The position numbers were made by a program, and so were the translations under genes. Shown here piece after piece: positions 1-10,105 of a DNA stretch of 64,000 bases. Origin of the DNA: Candidatus Woesebacteria bacterium. Lineage in GTDB: Bacteria > Patescibacteriota > Microgenomatia > UBA8517. The notes under the pieces are model-generated. The model ran no database searches. It was not told the origin of the DNA and saw only the letters and a program-made list of their open reading frames with translations. Position 1 is the first letter of the stretch, and each line of letters opens with the position of its first letter. The stretch lies in the NCBI GenBank assembly GCA_013374855.1, contig CP055308.1, forward strand, positions 661,310 through 725,309. The letters run 5' to 3'.

Positions 1-3000
1 CTAAAAACCAAAAACTCCTATTATCATCTTCTAATCCTTGCTAAGAATAATATTGGTTATAAGAACTTGATGAAACTAAGTTCTATTGGCCATATAGATG
101 GATTTTATTATAGGCCAAGAATTGACAAGAAAGTACTTGAGAAATACAAAGAAGGTTTGATAGTAACATCAGCTTGTATGCAGGGGGAGATTCCTTATTA
201 TTTAAAAGAAGGGGAATTTGAAAAGGCTAAAGAATCTGCAGAATGGTACTTAGATGTTTTTGGAGATGACTTTTATCTTGAAGTGCAACGACATAATTTC
301 TTGGATTTTTTAGAACTAACAAAAGATTCTGATATTAAAAATTCAATAGCGCAGTCTGCAGAAGATGAAAAGAGAGTTAATGAAGAACTTGTTAAATTAA
401 GCAGACAACTTGGAATTCCTTTGGTTGCTACAAATGATGTTCATTACCTTAATAAGAAAGATGCTTTAGCTCAGGATGTCTTGGTTTGCATAGCAACCGG
501 CAAGACTTTGGATGATAAAAAAAGATTAAGGTATATTGATACCCCCGATTTTTACTTTAAATCGTCTCAGGAGATGAGAGAAATCTTTGTAGATTTACCT
601 GAGGCTTGTGATAATACGCTTAGGATAGCAGAAAAATGCGAACTTGAAATAGAGGTAGGTAAATGGTACTTTCCTAGCTTTGCTTTGCCGGAAGGAAAAA
701 CAGCAGAAGAACAATTAAGGCAGCTTTGTAAAGAAAGGGTGAAAGAAAGAGTAGGGGAAGTTAATGAAGAAGTTCAAAAGAGATTGAATTATGAGCTTGA
801 TGTTATTTGTCAAAAGGGGTATGCGCCATACTTTTTGATAGTTGCAGATATGGTTAACTGGGCAAACAGCAAGGGGATTATAACGAATACTAGAGGTTCA
901 GCTGCAGGTTCTTTGGTGTCCTACGTTCTTGGAATAACTACGGTTAATCCGTTGACTTATATGCTACCTTTTGAAAGATTCCTTAATCCTTATCGGCCTT
1001 CACCTCCTGATATTGACTTTGATGTGGCAGATAATAGGAGAGATGAGGTTATTAATTATATAGTTGAAAAGTATGGGCGGGAAAAAGTCGCTCAAATCTG
1101 TACTTTTGGAAGGATGCTTTCGCGAGCTGCAATTCGGGATGTAGCACGAGTTTTGGGTTATCCTTATTCTGTTGGAGATAAAATAGCGAAACTTATTCCA
1201 TTTCCTAAACAAGGTTTTCCTGTAAGTATTCCAAAAGCATTGGAGGAAGTTCCTGAATTATCTGAACTTTATCAGAAAGATGATGATGCTAGAAAGATAA
1301 TAGATCTTGCTATTCAAATTGAAGGCAATGCTCGTCATGTTTCTGTTCACGCAGCAGGATTAGTAGTTGCTCCAACTGATATTTGTGATTTTACTCCTGT
1401 TCAGAAGGAACCATCTGGAGAAAATATTATTACTCAGTATGAGATGCATGCTTGTGAAGATGTTGGACTTATAAAATTTGATATTTTGGGGATTCGTAAC
1501 CTTTCTATTCTTGGTTCTGCAATAGATATTCTTAGAAAAAGTGGAATAGAAATAAATCTCAAGGAAATTCCTTTAGATGACAAAAAAACTTTTGAAATGT
1601 TGAGCCGTGGCGAGACGATGGGTGTATTTCAATTAAGCAGTGCTGGTATGACAAAATATCTTAAAGAATTGCGGCCTACAAAAGTTGAGGATTTAATGGC
1701 TATGGTGGCACTTTATAGGCCAGGACCTATTGCGGTAATTCCTGAATATATAAGAAGGAAAAGAAACCCCAAGCTGGTAAAAGTAATAGATAAAAGAGTA
1801 GAGAAATATCTGGAAGCTTCTTATGGTTTAATAGTGTATCAGGATGATTTGTTATTCTGTGCAATAGAGCTTGCTGGTTACACTTGGGAAGAGGCGGATA
1901 AATTCAGGAAAGCTGTTGGTAAAAAGATTCCTGAGGAGATGGCTGCTCAGAAAGAAAAATTCATTCAAGGGGTAATAAAAAATGGGCGTGATAAAAAATT
2001 TGCTGAAGAGCTATGGAAACTTTTTGAGCCTTTTCAGTCCTATGGATTCAATAAGGCGCACGCTGCTTCTTATGGAATGGTTGCATATATGACTGCTTAT
2101 ATGAAAGCAAATTATCCAGTTGAATATATGACAGCTTTGCTCACTGCTGAAAGCGGAGATAAGGATAAAGTTTCAGCTGCTGTTAATGAGTGCCGTAGAA
2201 TGAAAATAAAAGTTCTGCCCCCTGACGTAAACGAAAGCGGGAGCGGATTTTCTATAGTGGAAGATAAGGAATCTCTTAGTGGCAAAGCTATCCGCTTTGG
2301 CTTGAATGCTATTAAAAATGTGGGGCAGGCAGCTATTTCTGCAATTTTGGAAGAAAGGAATAGGAATGGTAAGTTTGCTGATATTTATGATTTCTTATCA
2401 AGAGTTGATAATAGGAAGGTTAATAAGAAAGTTTTAGAGAGCTTAATCAAGGCTGGGGCTATGAGTGGTTTTGGAACGAGATCGTATCTGCTTAAAAACT
2501 TAGAAGAGATAAGAGGTAAGATTTCAAAACGAATTATGGAAAAAGAAGGTCAACCCACTCTTTTTTTTGAGGATGACGAATTTTCTACTAGAAAGGTTGG
2601 TGTTTTAGGTGGTAATTTTGCTGAGCCTGCTATCGAGGAAATGGTACAAGAAGAAATAGAAGCTTTAGAGAAGGAGCTTCTTGGTTTTTCTCTTTCTTCA
2701 CGGCCACTTTCTGATATTCTCCAAGGCCTTGATAATTTAGCAACACATAAGATAAGTGAAATTCTAGATGAGACTCTTGATGTAACAGATGTAGTTTTGG
2801 CAGGGGTAATAAGAGAGGTGAAAGTAATTATAACCAAGAAAAATCTACAAGAGATGGCTTTTGTTCGTTTGGAGGATTTGAGTGGCACTGTAGAATTGGT
2901 GGTTTTTCCTAAAGTTTATGAGTCAATAAAAGATAATTTGAAAGAAGGTAAACCTTTAGTTGTCTCTGGAAAAGTTTCTCATAGGGAGGATTCTGTTTCA

Positions 3001-3261
3001 GTTCTTGTTGATTCAATTCTTTCTTCAGGAGAAAAAGATTATTTTGAAAATGAAGTTTTAATTGATATTCCGCCCAATGTAGATTTAGGGAGACTTAGAA
3101 AGCTAAAAAATTATTTGTTAAGGATACCGGGTGATAAGTCTGTCTCCTTGTTCTTTAGAGAGAAAAATGAAAAAGTAAGAGTTCCGTTTAGGATCAAGTG
3201 GGACGCGGAGGTAGCCAAACAAATCTCGGATATTATCGAAGGAAAAATTTATTTAAATTAG
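1..3261 (+). CDS. dnaE: DNA polymerase III alpha subunit (5' end outside window)
   Basis: Frame open from base 1 (LKTKNSYYHLLILAKN..); PHP motifs, RGSAAGSLV, PPDIDFD, GLIKFDILG, YGFNKAHA, C-terminal OB fold. Confidence 0.97.
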   Translation, partial: LKTKNSYYHLLILAKNNIGYKNLMKLSSIGHIDGFYYRPRIDKKVLEKYKEGLIVTSACMQGEIPYYLKEGEFEKAKESAEWYLDVFGDDFYLEVQRHNFLDFLELTKDSDIKNSIAQSAEDEKRVNEELVKLSRQLGIPLVATNDVHYLNKKDALAQDVLVCIATGKTLDDKKRLRYIDTPDFYFKSSQEMREIFVDLPEACDNTLRIAEKCELEIEVGKWYFPSFALPEGKTAEEQLRQLCKERVKERVGEVNEEVQKRLNYELDVICQKGYAPYFLIVADMVNWANSKGIITNTRGSAAGSLVSYVLGITTVNPLTYMLPFERFLNPYRPSPPDIDFDVADNRRDEVINYIVEKYGREKVAQICTFGRMLSRAAIRDVARVLGYPYSVGDKIAKLIPFPKQGFPVSIPKALEEVPELSELYQKDDDARKIIDLAIQIEGNARHVSVHAAGLVVAPTDICDFTPVQKEPSGENIITQYEMHACEDVGLIKFDILGIRNLSILGSAIDILRKSGIEINLKEIPLDDKKTFEMLSRGETMGVFQLSSAGMTKYLKELRPTKVEDLMAMVALYRPGPIAVIPEYIRRKRNPKLVKVIDKRVEKYLEASYGLIVYQDDLLFCAIELAGYTWEEADKFRKAVGKKIPEEMAAQKEKFIQGVIKNGRDKKFAEELWKLFEPFQSYGFNKAHAASYGMVAYMTAYMKANYPVEYMTALLTAESGDKDKVSAAVNECRRMKIKVLPPDVNESGSGFSIVEDKESLSGKAIRFGLNAIKNVGQAAISAILEERNRNGKFADIYDFLSRVDNRKVNKKVLESLIKAGAMSGFGTRSYLLKNLEEIRGKISKRIMEKEGQPTLFFEDDEFSTRKVGVLGGNFAEPAIEEMVQEEIEALEKELLGFSLSSRPLSDILQGLDNLATHKISEILDETLDVTDVVLAGVIREVKVIITKKNLQEMAFVRLEDLSGTVELVVFPKVYESIKDNLKEGKPLVVSGKVSHREDSVSVLVDSILSSGEKDYFENEVLIDIPPNVDLGRLRKLKNYLLRIPGDKSVSLFFREKNEKVRVPFRIKWDAEVAKQISDIIEGKIYLN

Positions 3262-3317
3262 ATAATTGCTAATTTTTTTGAATTGTCTTAAAATAAGCTC
3301 TATTGTTAAATTTAACT

Positions 3318-3674
3318 ATGGCTATAAAAGTAAAAATTAAAGATACTGAATTTGGAGTTGGTGATAAAATTCGTGTTATTCAGAAAATTAAAGAAGCAAA
3401 AAGAGAGAGAAACCAGTCCTTTGAGGGTGTTGTGATTGCAATTAGAGGAAAAGGTAGTGGAAAAAGCTTTGTTGTTAGAAGAATAGGGGCAAATAATATT
3501 GGTATAGAAAAAATATTCCCTGTTGCATCTCCACTAATAGTTGGTGTTGAAGTGATTAAAATGGGCACAAGAGGTGTTAGAAAATCAAAGCTCTACTATT
3601 TGAGGAAAAAACCCTCAAGGTCAATAGGCACTATCTACCAGAAAGCTTCCAAAAGAGAAGGAAAGAGTAAGTAG
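3318..3674 (+). CDS. rplS: 50S ribosomal protein L19
   Basis: FGVGDKIRV..QSFEGVVIA..GIEKIFP..VRKSKLYYLR; ATG at 3318 preferred. Confidence 0.95.
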   Translation: MAIKVKIKDTEFGVGDKIRVIQKIKEAKRERNQSFEGVVIAIRGKGSGKSFVVRRIGANNIGIEKIFPVASPLIVGVEVIKMGTRGVRKSKLYYLRKKPSRSIGTIYQKASKREGKSK

Positions 3675-4033
3675 TGATAGGATTAAGTAAAAGAAAAACA
3701 GGTTTACAGGGAGAGAATTTGGCCGCTGCTTATTTGGAGAGTATTGGTTATAAAATATTAGTTAGAAATTATAGAAATCGCTTTGGTGAAATTGACATTA
3801 TTGCCCTTGATAAGGGAGTCCTTGTGTTTGTGGAAGTTAAGTTTAGGAACAATCGTAGGTTTGGATTACCAGAAGATGCTGTGAACAAAAAGAAAATTGA
3901 AAAGATTAAGAAAGTGGGTTATCTATTTTGGCGCACTGAATTTCCAGATATAAGTAAGTTAAGAGTGGATGTTGTTTCAATATTAAGGGAAGATTCATCT
4001 CTTTCAGTAAAGATTACTAAAAATGTTTACTAG
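3674..4033 (+). CDS. YraN/UPF0102 family PD-(D/E)xK nuclease-like protein
   Basis: G..GE..AA.YL...GY.IL.RNYR...GEIDIIA...LVFVEVK.R. Confidence 0.9.
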   Translation: MIGLSKRKTGLQGENLAAAYLESIGYKILVRNYRNRFGEIDIIALDKGVLVFVEVKFRNNRRFGLPEDAVNKKKIEKIKKVGYLFWRTEFPDISKLRVDVVSILREDSSLSVKITKNVY

Positions 4034-4081
4034 AAAAATTGGGTCTTGCTATTTCTAGAATGTGGTTTTATATTTATTTTT

Positions 4082-4765
4082 ATGAAAGAAAAAGTTGTTA
4101 AAAAATCGAGCAAGAGAATATTAAAGAAAAAGATAGAGGAAGTAGAAGGGATAAGCTTAAAAAAAGTAAAAAAGTTTAACAAAAAATTGGCTGTTTTTGT
4201 ATTCTTTACACTTTTTGTTCTTGTTCTAGGGTTTCTGGCTTACCTTAATGCGGGGCTTTTCTTAGTGGCTTTGGTTAATAACAAGCCCGTTTGGAGAACA
4301 GAACTAATCAAACAATTGGAAAAACAAGGAGGAAAGCAAGTGACTGATATGCTTGTTAACAAGTTGTTAATATATCAGGAAGCTAGCAAAAAGGGGGTTT
4401 CTGTGTCGGAACAAGATGTTGAGGCCGAGTATAAAAAATTGGAGGATCAATTTAAATCTCAAGGAACCAGTCTTCAGGACGTAATGGCGCTTCAAGGACT
4501 GAAAGAGAGCGACCTTAAGGAAGAATTAGAGTTCAGTTTATTGTTGAAAAAGCTTTTGGCAGATAAAGTCGCTGTTTCAGATGACGAAGCAAAGGATTAT
4601 TTTAACAAAAATAAAGAAATGTTTGAAAAGGGTAAAACTTTTGATGAATTAAAGGAACAAATCAAGAGTTTCTTGTCAAATCAGAAAATGTCTCAATCTT
4701 ATCAATCGTTTCTCGAAGAGTTAAAATCTTCTTCCAAGATAAGATACTTTGTTAATTTTAACTAA
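4082..4765 (+). CDS. SurA/PrsA N-terminal-domain membrane-anchored chaperone
   Basis: One TM helix, then ALVNNKPV..LIYQEASKKGVSVSEQDV; ATG at 4082. Confidence 0.75.
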   Translation: MKEKVVKKSSKRILKKKIEEVEGISLKKVKKFNKKLAVFVFFTLFVLVLGFLAYLNAGLFLVALVNNKPVWRTELIKQLEKQGGKQVTDMLVNKLLIYQEASKKGVSVSEQDVEAEYKKLEDQFKSQGTSLQDVMALQGLKESDLKEELEFSLLLKKLLADKVAVSDDEAKDYFNKNKEMFEKGKTFDELKEQIKSFLSNQKMSQSYQSFLEELKSSSKIRYFVNFN

Positions 4766-4797
4766 TTGAGTGCTTCTTTCTCTGATATAATAGACTT

Positions 4798-5307
4798 ATG
4801 CTAATAATGGGCATTGATCCTGGTACTGCAACTACTGGATATGGATTAATAAGGAAGGATAATGAAAAAATAGAAGCTTTAAGTTGGGGTCTAGTGGAAA
4901 CGAGTAAAGAGCTTTCCCTTGGAAAAAGGTTTATAGATATTTTTTCCAATATTTCGGATTTGATCAGGAAGTATAAACCTCATGTTGTAGCTATGGAGAA
5001 AGTTTTTTTTGCTTCAAATGCAAAAACAGCTATTTCTATAGGCCAATCACAAGGTGTAATGCTTTATTGTTTTGCCAAAAATAAGATTGATGTTTATGAA
5101 TACTCTCCTGCTCATATAAAGAAAACTATTACAGGTTTGGGGCGAGCTTCTAAGAAGGATGTACAGAGATCGTTGAGATCCTTTTTTGGATCTAAAATTA
5201 GAAGTCCCAAAAATGGCAAAACTCATTTTGATGATGCTGCTGATGCTCTTGCGGTAGCATTATGCCATGCTATTAGGTTAGGTAATGATGAGAAAGGGGG
5301 TGAATAA
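4798..5307 (+). CDS. ruvC: Holliday junction resolvase RuvC
   Basis: IMGIDPG, ME.VFF, TG.GRA.K, DDAADALAVA.CH. Confidence 0.95.
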   Translation: MLIMGIDPGTATTGYGLIRKDNEKIEALSWGLVETSKELSLGKRFIDIFSNISDLIRKYKPHVVAMEKVFFASNAKTAISIGQSQGVMLYCFAKNKIDVYEYSPAHIKKTITGLGRASKKDVQRSLRSFFGSKIRSPKNGKTHFDDAADALAVALCHAIRLGNDEKGGE

Positions 5308-5310
5308 TAA

Positions 5311-5556
5311 ATGTTTAAGGTGGGAAAGGTTACTCATTATTATGATAAGATAGGTGTTGCTGTTGTTGAGCTTATAGCTGATCTTTCAGTTGGTGAAAGA
5401 ATCAGGTTTTCAAGAGGTGGAGAGGATCTTTTTGAACAAGTTGTTGAATCAATGCAGGTGGAACACAATAAAATTCAATCTGCAAAAAAGGGCGATATAG
5501 TTGGATTGAAGGTTGATAAACCGGTTAGGGAAGGAACAGAAATATTTAAAGTTTAA
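5311..5556 (+). CDS. Small beta-barrel protein (U32 peptidase C-terminal/EF-Tu domain II-like)
   Basis: VGKVTHYYDKIGVAVV..SMQVEH..AKKGD.VGLKV; GGGGTG SD-like element upstream. Confidence 0.75.
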   Translation: MFKVGKVTHYYDKIGVAVVELIADLSVGERIRFSRGGEDLFEQVVESMQVEHNKIQSAKKGDIVGLKVDKPVREGTEIFKV

Positions 5557-5597
5557 GTTTAACTTAAAATTTTAGTTTTGCTTTGAACTATAGTGAT

Positions 5598-5987
5598 ATG
5601 GCAAAGGATGTTGTCTGGGTTAATGCTCAGGATGTAAGGAATAAAGCAGAATCTCTTGTTAAAGAAGGAAATTTTTTGTGGTTGGACACTGAAAGGATTT
5701 TTTTTGTTCGATCATATGGAGCAAGAACAAGAGCTTCAGCACGAATTTGGGGTTTGCCAAGAATATGGCAGACGGTTCTTAATATTAAACCTTATTATAT
5801 TATAGAAGTAGTGGGTGAGAGATATGATAAACTTTCCGACTCTAAAAAAAATGATGTTCTGATTCATGAATTTGCTCATATACCTCGCAATTTTTCGGGA
5901 GCTTTAGTACCTCATTTTAAGAGAGGGAGAAGGAAGTTTAGTGACATAGTTGAAGTTTTAAAATCGAGATGTTTTAAAAGGCGATGA
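5598..5987 (+). CDS. Putative zincin metallopeptidase
   Basis: VLIHEFAHIP (HExxH) and ARIWGLP..WQ. Confidence 0.7.
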   Translation: MAKDVVWVNAQDVRNKAESLVKEGNFLWLDTERIFFVRSYGARTRASARIWGLPRIWQTVLNIKPYYIIEVVGERYDKLSDSKKNDVLIHEFAHIPRNFSGALVPHFKRGRRKFSDIVEVLKSRCFKRR

Positions 5988-6658
5988 ATTTAATAATCCT
6001 TCATGGTGAAAATGAAGTTTCTGCTAGAGAAAGGCTTTTTTCATTTGTTTCTGAAGCCAAAAGAAGAGGTTGGGCTGTAGAGAAAATTAAAGAGGGGGAA
6101 TCTGTTTCTGAAAAGCTCAGCCTTGTTAATCTTTATTTTTTGAAAACGCTTTTTGTAGTTGAGAATTATCGTTTAATGAAAAAGAAAGATTTTATTTTCT
6201 TGAATAAGTTTTTTGAAAAAAGTGACAAAGTGCTAGTTATTTGTGGTTTTGGTGAAAACATACCTCAGTCTGTTTTAGAAAAGTTTCCAAAATCTGCAAA
6301 GATAGAAATCTTTAATTATCCAAAGGTTGTATTTGATTTTCTAGACAATATTTTACCGGGCAATTTTGAAAAAGTTTTAAGACTTTTGCATGAAGTATTG
6401 AAAAGAAACCCACCAGAACTTGTCTTTCACCTCTTCTTTACAAGGGTTTGGGATCTTTATTGGGTAAAGACTGATCCATCTACTATTCCTTATTATTCCA
6501 AGCGTGTTTACTATTTGGAAAAACAAGCTTCACGCTTTACTCAAGGGGAGCTTAAAGAAATTTTGGATTGTTTGGCAGATATTGATATTGAAGCAAAAAT
6601 GTCAACTCTTGGTATTGATTATTATCTTGACCTTTTGATATTTAAGTATCTACAATGA
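5984..6658 (+). CDS. DNA polymerase III delta subunit-like (HolA-like, shortened)
   Basis: IILHGEN N-terminus; C-terminal L.KQA.RF...L..LADID..AK. Confidence 0.6.
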   Translation: MNLIILHGENEVSARERLFSFVSEAKRRGWAVEKIKEGESVSEKLSLVNLYFLKTLFVVENYRLMKKKDFIFLNKFFEKSDKVLVICGFGENIPQSVLEKFPKSAKIEIFNYPKVVFDFLDNILPGNFEKVLRLLHEVLKRNPPELVFHLFFTRVWDLYWVKTDPSTIPYYSKRVYYLEKQASRFTQGELKEILDCLADIDIEAKMSTLGIDYYLDLLIFKYLQ

Positions 6659-6704
6659 TTTCAGCTATAAAAATATATTAGATCGCTGATGTGATTCAAA
6701 AGAA

Positions 6705-7781
6705 ATGGTAAATATTGACGACGTCGAAAAAATAAAAATTTTTGGAGGAGAAAATGGGGTATATCTTTCTATTTTATCCGTAGCTGACCAGATAGAGCAA
6801 AGTTTTTCTGAAATTTATTCTTTGGAAATACCCAAGAAATTTTTTGCAGCTAAAAACATAGTTATATCAGGAATGGGAGGGTCAGCTTTGGGAGGAAGGG
6901 TAGTTGATTCAATAATTCCACAAAGGGTAAGGGTGCCTGTCGAGGTATTTACTGAGTTCTATATTCCCAATTATGTCAATAAGGAAACTTTGGTTATTGT
7001 TTCTTCTTATTCAGGTTCCACAGCAGAAACTATAAATGATGCATATGAGGCTATCAAAAGAGATGCTTTAGTTTTTGTAATAACAACTGGGGGCAAACTT
7101 GCTCAGATAGCCGAAAAGGAAAAGGTGCCAGCTTTTATTTTTGAACCCAGATTTAATCCGTCCGGACAACCTCGCTATGCTTTGGGCTATTCGATAGCTT
7201 CTCTTTTGGCACTACTTTCAAGATGCGAATACATAAGTCTTTCAAGGGAAGAACAAAAAGGATTGGTTTCTTTTGTAAAAGAGAAGACTTCACAGCTTGT
7301 GGCCGAAGTTGACTCTTCCATTAACCTTTCAAAGAGATTTGCACTTGAGCTACTTGGAAAAGTTCCTGTTTTAGTAACCAGCGAGCACTTAATTGGAAGT
7401 ACACATTCTTTTAAAAATCTTCTTAATGAGACAGCTAAAACTTTTGCAGTTTTATTTGATATTCCAGAACTTAATCACCATCTTATGGAAGGATTGAAAA
7501 ACCCTGTTCGGATAAGAGATTTTTTTAAGTTTGTATTCTTTGAGTCAAAACTCTTTTCTAAGGAAGTTTACAAGAGATATCCTTTGACAAAAGAAGTTGT
7601 TTCCAAAAATGGTTTTCCTCTTCTGACTTATTCAGCTTTAGGAGAGAATAGATTATTACAAGCTTTTGAGGTGGTTGTTTTTTCTTATTTTGTTTCTTAT
7701 TACCTTTCTTTTTTGTATCAAGAAGATCCTGCGAAAATTCCTTGGGTTGATTATTTTAAAGAGAAACTAAAAGAAGTCTAA
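6705..7781 (+). CDS. Bifunctional phosphoglucose/phosphomannose isomerase (SIS domain)
   Basis: SGMGGSALGG, SSYSG.T.ET, TTGGKL, QPR, NETAK, PELNHH. Confidence 0.9.
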   Translation: MVNIDDVEKIKIFGGENGVYLSILSVADQIEQSFSEIYSLEIPKKFFAAKNIVISGMGGSALGGRVVDSIIPQRVRVPVEVFTEFYIPNYVNKETLVIVSSYSGSTAETINDAYEAIKRDALVFVITTGGKLAQIAEKEKVPAFIFEPRFNPSGQPRYALGYSIASLLALLSRCEYISLSREEQKGLVSFVKEKTSQLVAEVDSSINLSKRFALELLGKVPVLVTSEHLIGSTHSFKNLLNETAKTFAVLFDIPELNHHLMEGLKNPVRIRDFFKFVFFESKLFSKEVYKRYPLTKEVVSKNGFPLLTYSALGENRLLQAFEVVVFSYFVSYYLSFLYQEDPAKIPWVDYFKEKLKEV

Positions 7782-7833
7782 ACTGCTTCTTGTTTTAAAT
7801 TGTATCTTTTATCTATAATGAAAAATTAGATAT

Positions 7834-10095
7834 ATGTCTGCCCAAAAATTAACAGTTTTCTTTAAAGATTTGGATAAGAATGATGTACCTATAGTTGGTG
7901 GGAAGGGCGCCAACTTAGGAGAGATGACAAAAATAGGGCTTCCGATCCCAGATGGTTTTGCTATTACAATTTTAGCTTACGATCTTTTTCTTAAAGAGAA
8001 TAATTTGGGCAAGACTATTTATGACATTTTAGACAGCGTAGACGTTGACAATCCTGTTCAATTAGAGGAGGCTTCTAAAACGATACAAAAAATAATTAGA
8101 TCATCATCAATACCGAATGTTGTCGTCAAGGAAATTGTAAAGTCTTACACAAAAATCTCTGGTATTTTTAGAAAACCATATGTAGCTGTTCGATCATCAG
8201 CTACTGCAGAGGATATGCCTTCAACTTCATTTGCTGGTCAACAAGCTACTTTTCTCAATATTAAAGGTGAAAATAATCTTTTGAATGCGGTTAGAGATTG
8301 TTGGGCTTCTCTTTTTACCGCACGTTCTATTTTTTATCGAGTCCAGAATAGAATACCTCATAGAAAAGTAAAAATTTCTGTAATTGTTCAAAAGATGATT
8401 CAATCAGAGTCTTCTGGAGTTATTTTTACAATTGACCCGGTCAGTGGAGAAAAAGATAGAATTATTATAGAAGCTGTATGGGGGTTGGGTGAAATGATTG
8501 TTCAAGGGGCAGTTGTTCCTGATCGTTATGTGGTACAAAAGGATACTTTTGATATTCTTTCAAAAGAGATTTCCGAACAAAAGATTCAACTTACCAAGAA
8601 AGGAGAAATAACTAAAGAAACTTTAGTTCCCAAAAGTAGAATAGGGATACCTAAACTATCAGATGGTGAGGTGAAGAGATTGGCAGAAATGGCGCAAAAA
8701 CTTCAGAATCATTACTTCTTTCCACAAGATATTGAATGGGCGAAAGAAAAAGGAAAACTTTATATCACTCAAACAAGGCCTATTACTACATTAGGTAAAG
8801 AAGTTAGTAAGGATAAGAAAATGTCGATTGACCTTCCTGTTTTACTTCAGGGCAAACCCGCAAGCCCTGGTATAGGCAGTGGTGAGGTTAAATTAGTAAA
8901 AAGTCCGAAAGAAATAGCCAAAGTGAAAGATGGTGATGTTTTGGTTGCGGTTATGACCTCACCTGACTTCGTTCCGGCCATGAAGAGAGCATCAGCTATA
9001 ATTACAGATGAGGGCGGAATGACTTCACATGCCGCTATTGTTTCAAGGGAACTAGGTGTTCCTTGTGTAGTGGGGACTAAGAAAGCTACTGTTTTACTAA
9101 GAGATGGCAATTTAGTAACAGTGGATGGAGTTTCCGGAGTTGTGTATAAAGGTACTCTGGAGAGAAAACAAAAAGTTTTATCTGAGAAAAAAGAAATTAT
9201 TTATAAAAAGAGAGCTACAGCAACAAAGCTTTATGTTAATTTAGCTGAGCCTTTTATGGCAAAAAGGATTGCGAAGATGGATGTCGATGGTGTTGGTTTG
9301 CTAAGAGCCGAATTTATGATGGCAGATTTGGGGATTCATCCTAAAGAAGCAATAAAAAGGAAAGTGCAATTAGATTATGTGGACAAATTAGCAAAAGGAA
9401 TAGAAACTTTTTGTAAAGCTTTCTATCCAAGGCCTGTTGTATATAGAGCTACTGATTTTAAGACTAATGAGTACAGAGTTTTAGAAGGGGGTAGTCATTG
9501 GGAACCAATTGAAGCAAATCCACTGCTTGGTTTTCGGGGAGCTTTGCGTTATATTACAGATCAGGAGGTATTTAGTTTAGAGCTTCGTGCGATTAAAAAA
9601 GTTATATCGTCTTACAACAATTTGAGGATAATGATCCCTTTTGTGAGATCTCCTCAGGAACTTTTAAAAGTTAGAAAAATAGTTGCTTCGGAAGGACTCT
9701 TTAAGTTTGCCAGTTTTAAATTTTGGATGATGGTGGAACTTCCTATTAATGTTATTCAGCTTGATGATTTCATAAAAGTTGGTATAGACGGTGTCTCTAT
9801 TGGTTCAAACGACTTGACCATGCTTTTGACAGGCACAGATAGAGATAATGCAAACATTGCCACATCTTTTGACGAGCGCTCACCTGCTGTTCTTTGGGCG
9901 ATAAGAAAGACGATAAAAACCTGTCACAAAAAAGGCATTACTTCCTCGATTTGCGGTCAAGCGCCCTCCGTCTATGATGATTATGTGTTTAATTTGGTTA
10001 AATGGGGAATTACTAGTATTTCTGTTAATCCTGACGCTGTTTTGAGAGTAAGAGAGTCTATATATCAGGCTGAGAAGGAACTACTTAAGCATTGA
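7834..10095 (+). CDS. ppsA: Phosphoenolpyruvate synthase
   Basis: VGGKGANLGEM, VRSSATAED, TSHAAIVSRE, GVGLLRAEF, SIGSNDLT, ICGQAPS. Confidence 0.96.
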   Translation: MSAQKLTVFFKDLDKNDVPIVGGKGANLGEMTKIGLPIPDGFAITILAYDLFLKENNLGKTIYDILDSVDVDNPVQLEEASKTIQKIIRSSSIPNVVVKEIVKSYTKISGIFRKPYVAVRSSATAEDMPSTSFAGQQATFLNIKGENNLLNAVRDCWASLFTARSIFYRVQNRIPHRKVKISVIVQKMIQSESSGVIFTIDPVSGEKDRIIIEAVWGLGEMIVQGAVVPDRYVVQKDTFDILSKEISEQKIQLTKKGEITKETLVPKSRIGIPKLSDGEVKRLAEMAQKLQNHYFFPQDIEWAKEKGKLYITQTRPITTLGKEVSKDKKMSIDLPVLLQGKPASPGIGSGEVKLVKSPKEIAKVKDGDVLVAVMTSPDFVPAMKRASAIITDEGGMTSHAAIVSRELGVPCVVGTKKATVLLRDGNLVTVDGVSGVVYKGTLERKQKVLSEKKEIIYKKRATATKLYVNLAEPFMAKRIAKMDVDGVGLLRAEFMMADLGIHPKEAIKRKVQLDYVDKLAKGIETFCKAFYPRPVVYRATDFKTNEYRVLEGGSHWEPIEANPLLGFRGALRYITDQEVFSLELRAIKKVISSYNNLRIMIPFVRSPQELLKVRKIVASEGLFKFASFKFWMMVELPINVIQLDDFIKVGIDGVSIGSNDLTMLLTGTDRDNANIATSFDERSPAVLWAIRKTIKTCHKKGITSSICGQAPSVYDDYVFNLVKWGITSISVNPDAVLRVRESIYQAEKELLKH

Positions 10096-10105
10096 TTTTT
10101 CCACT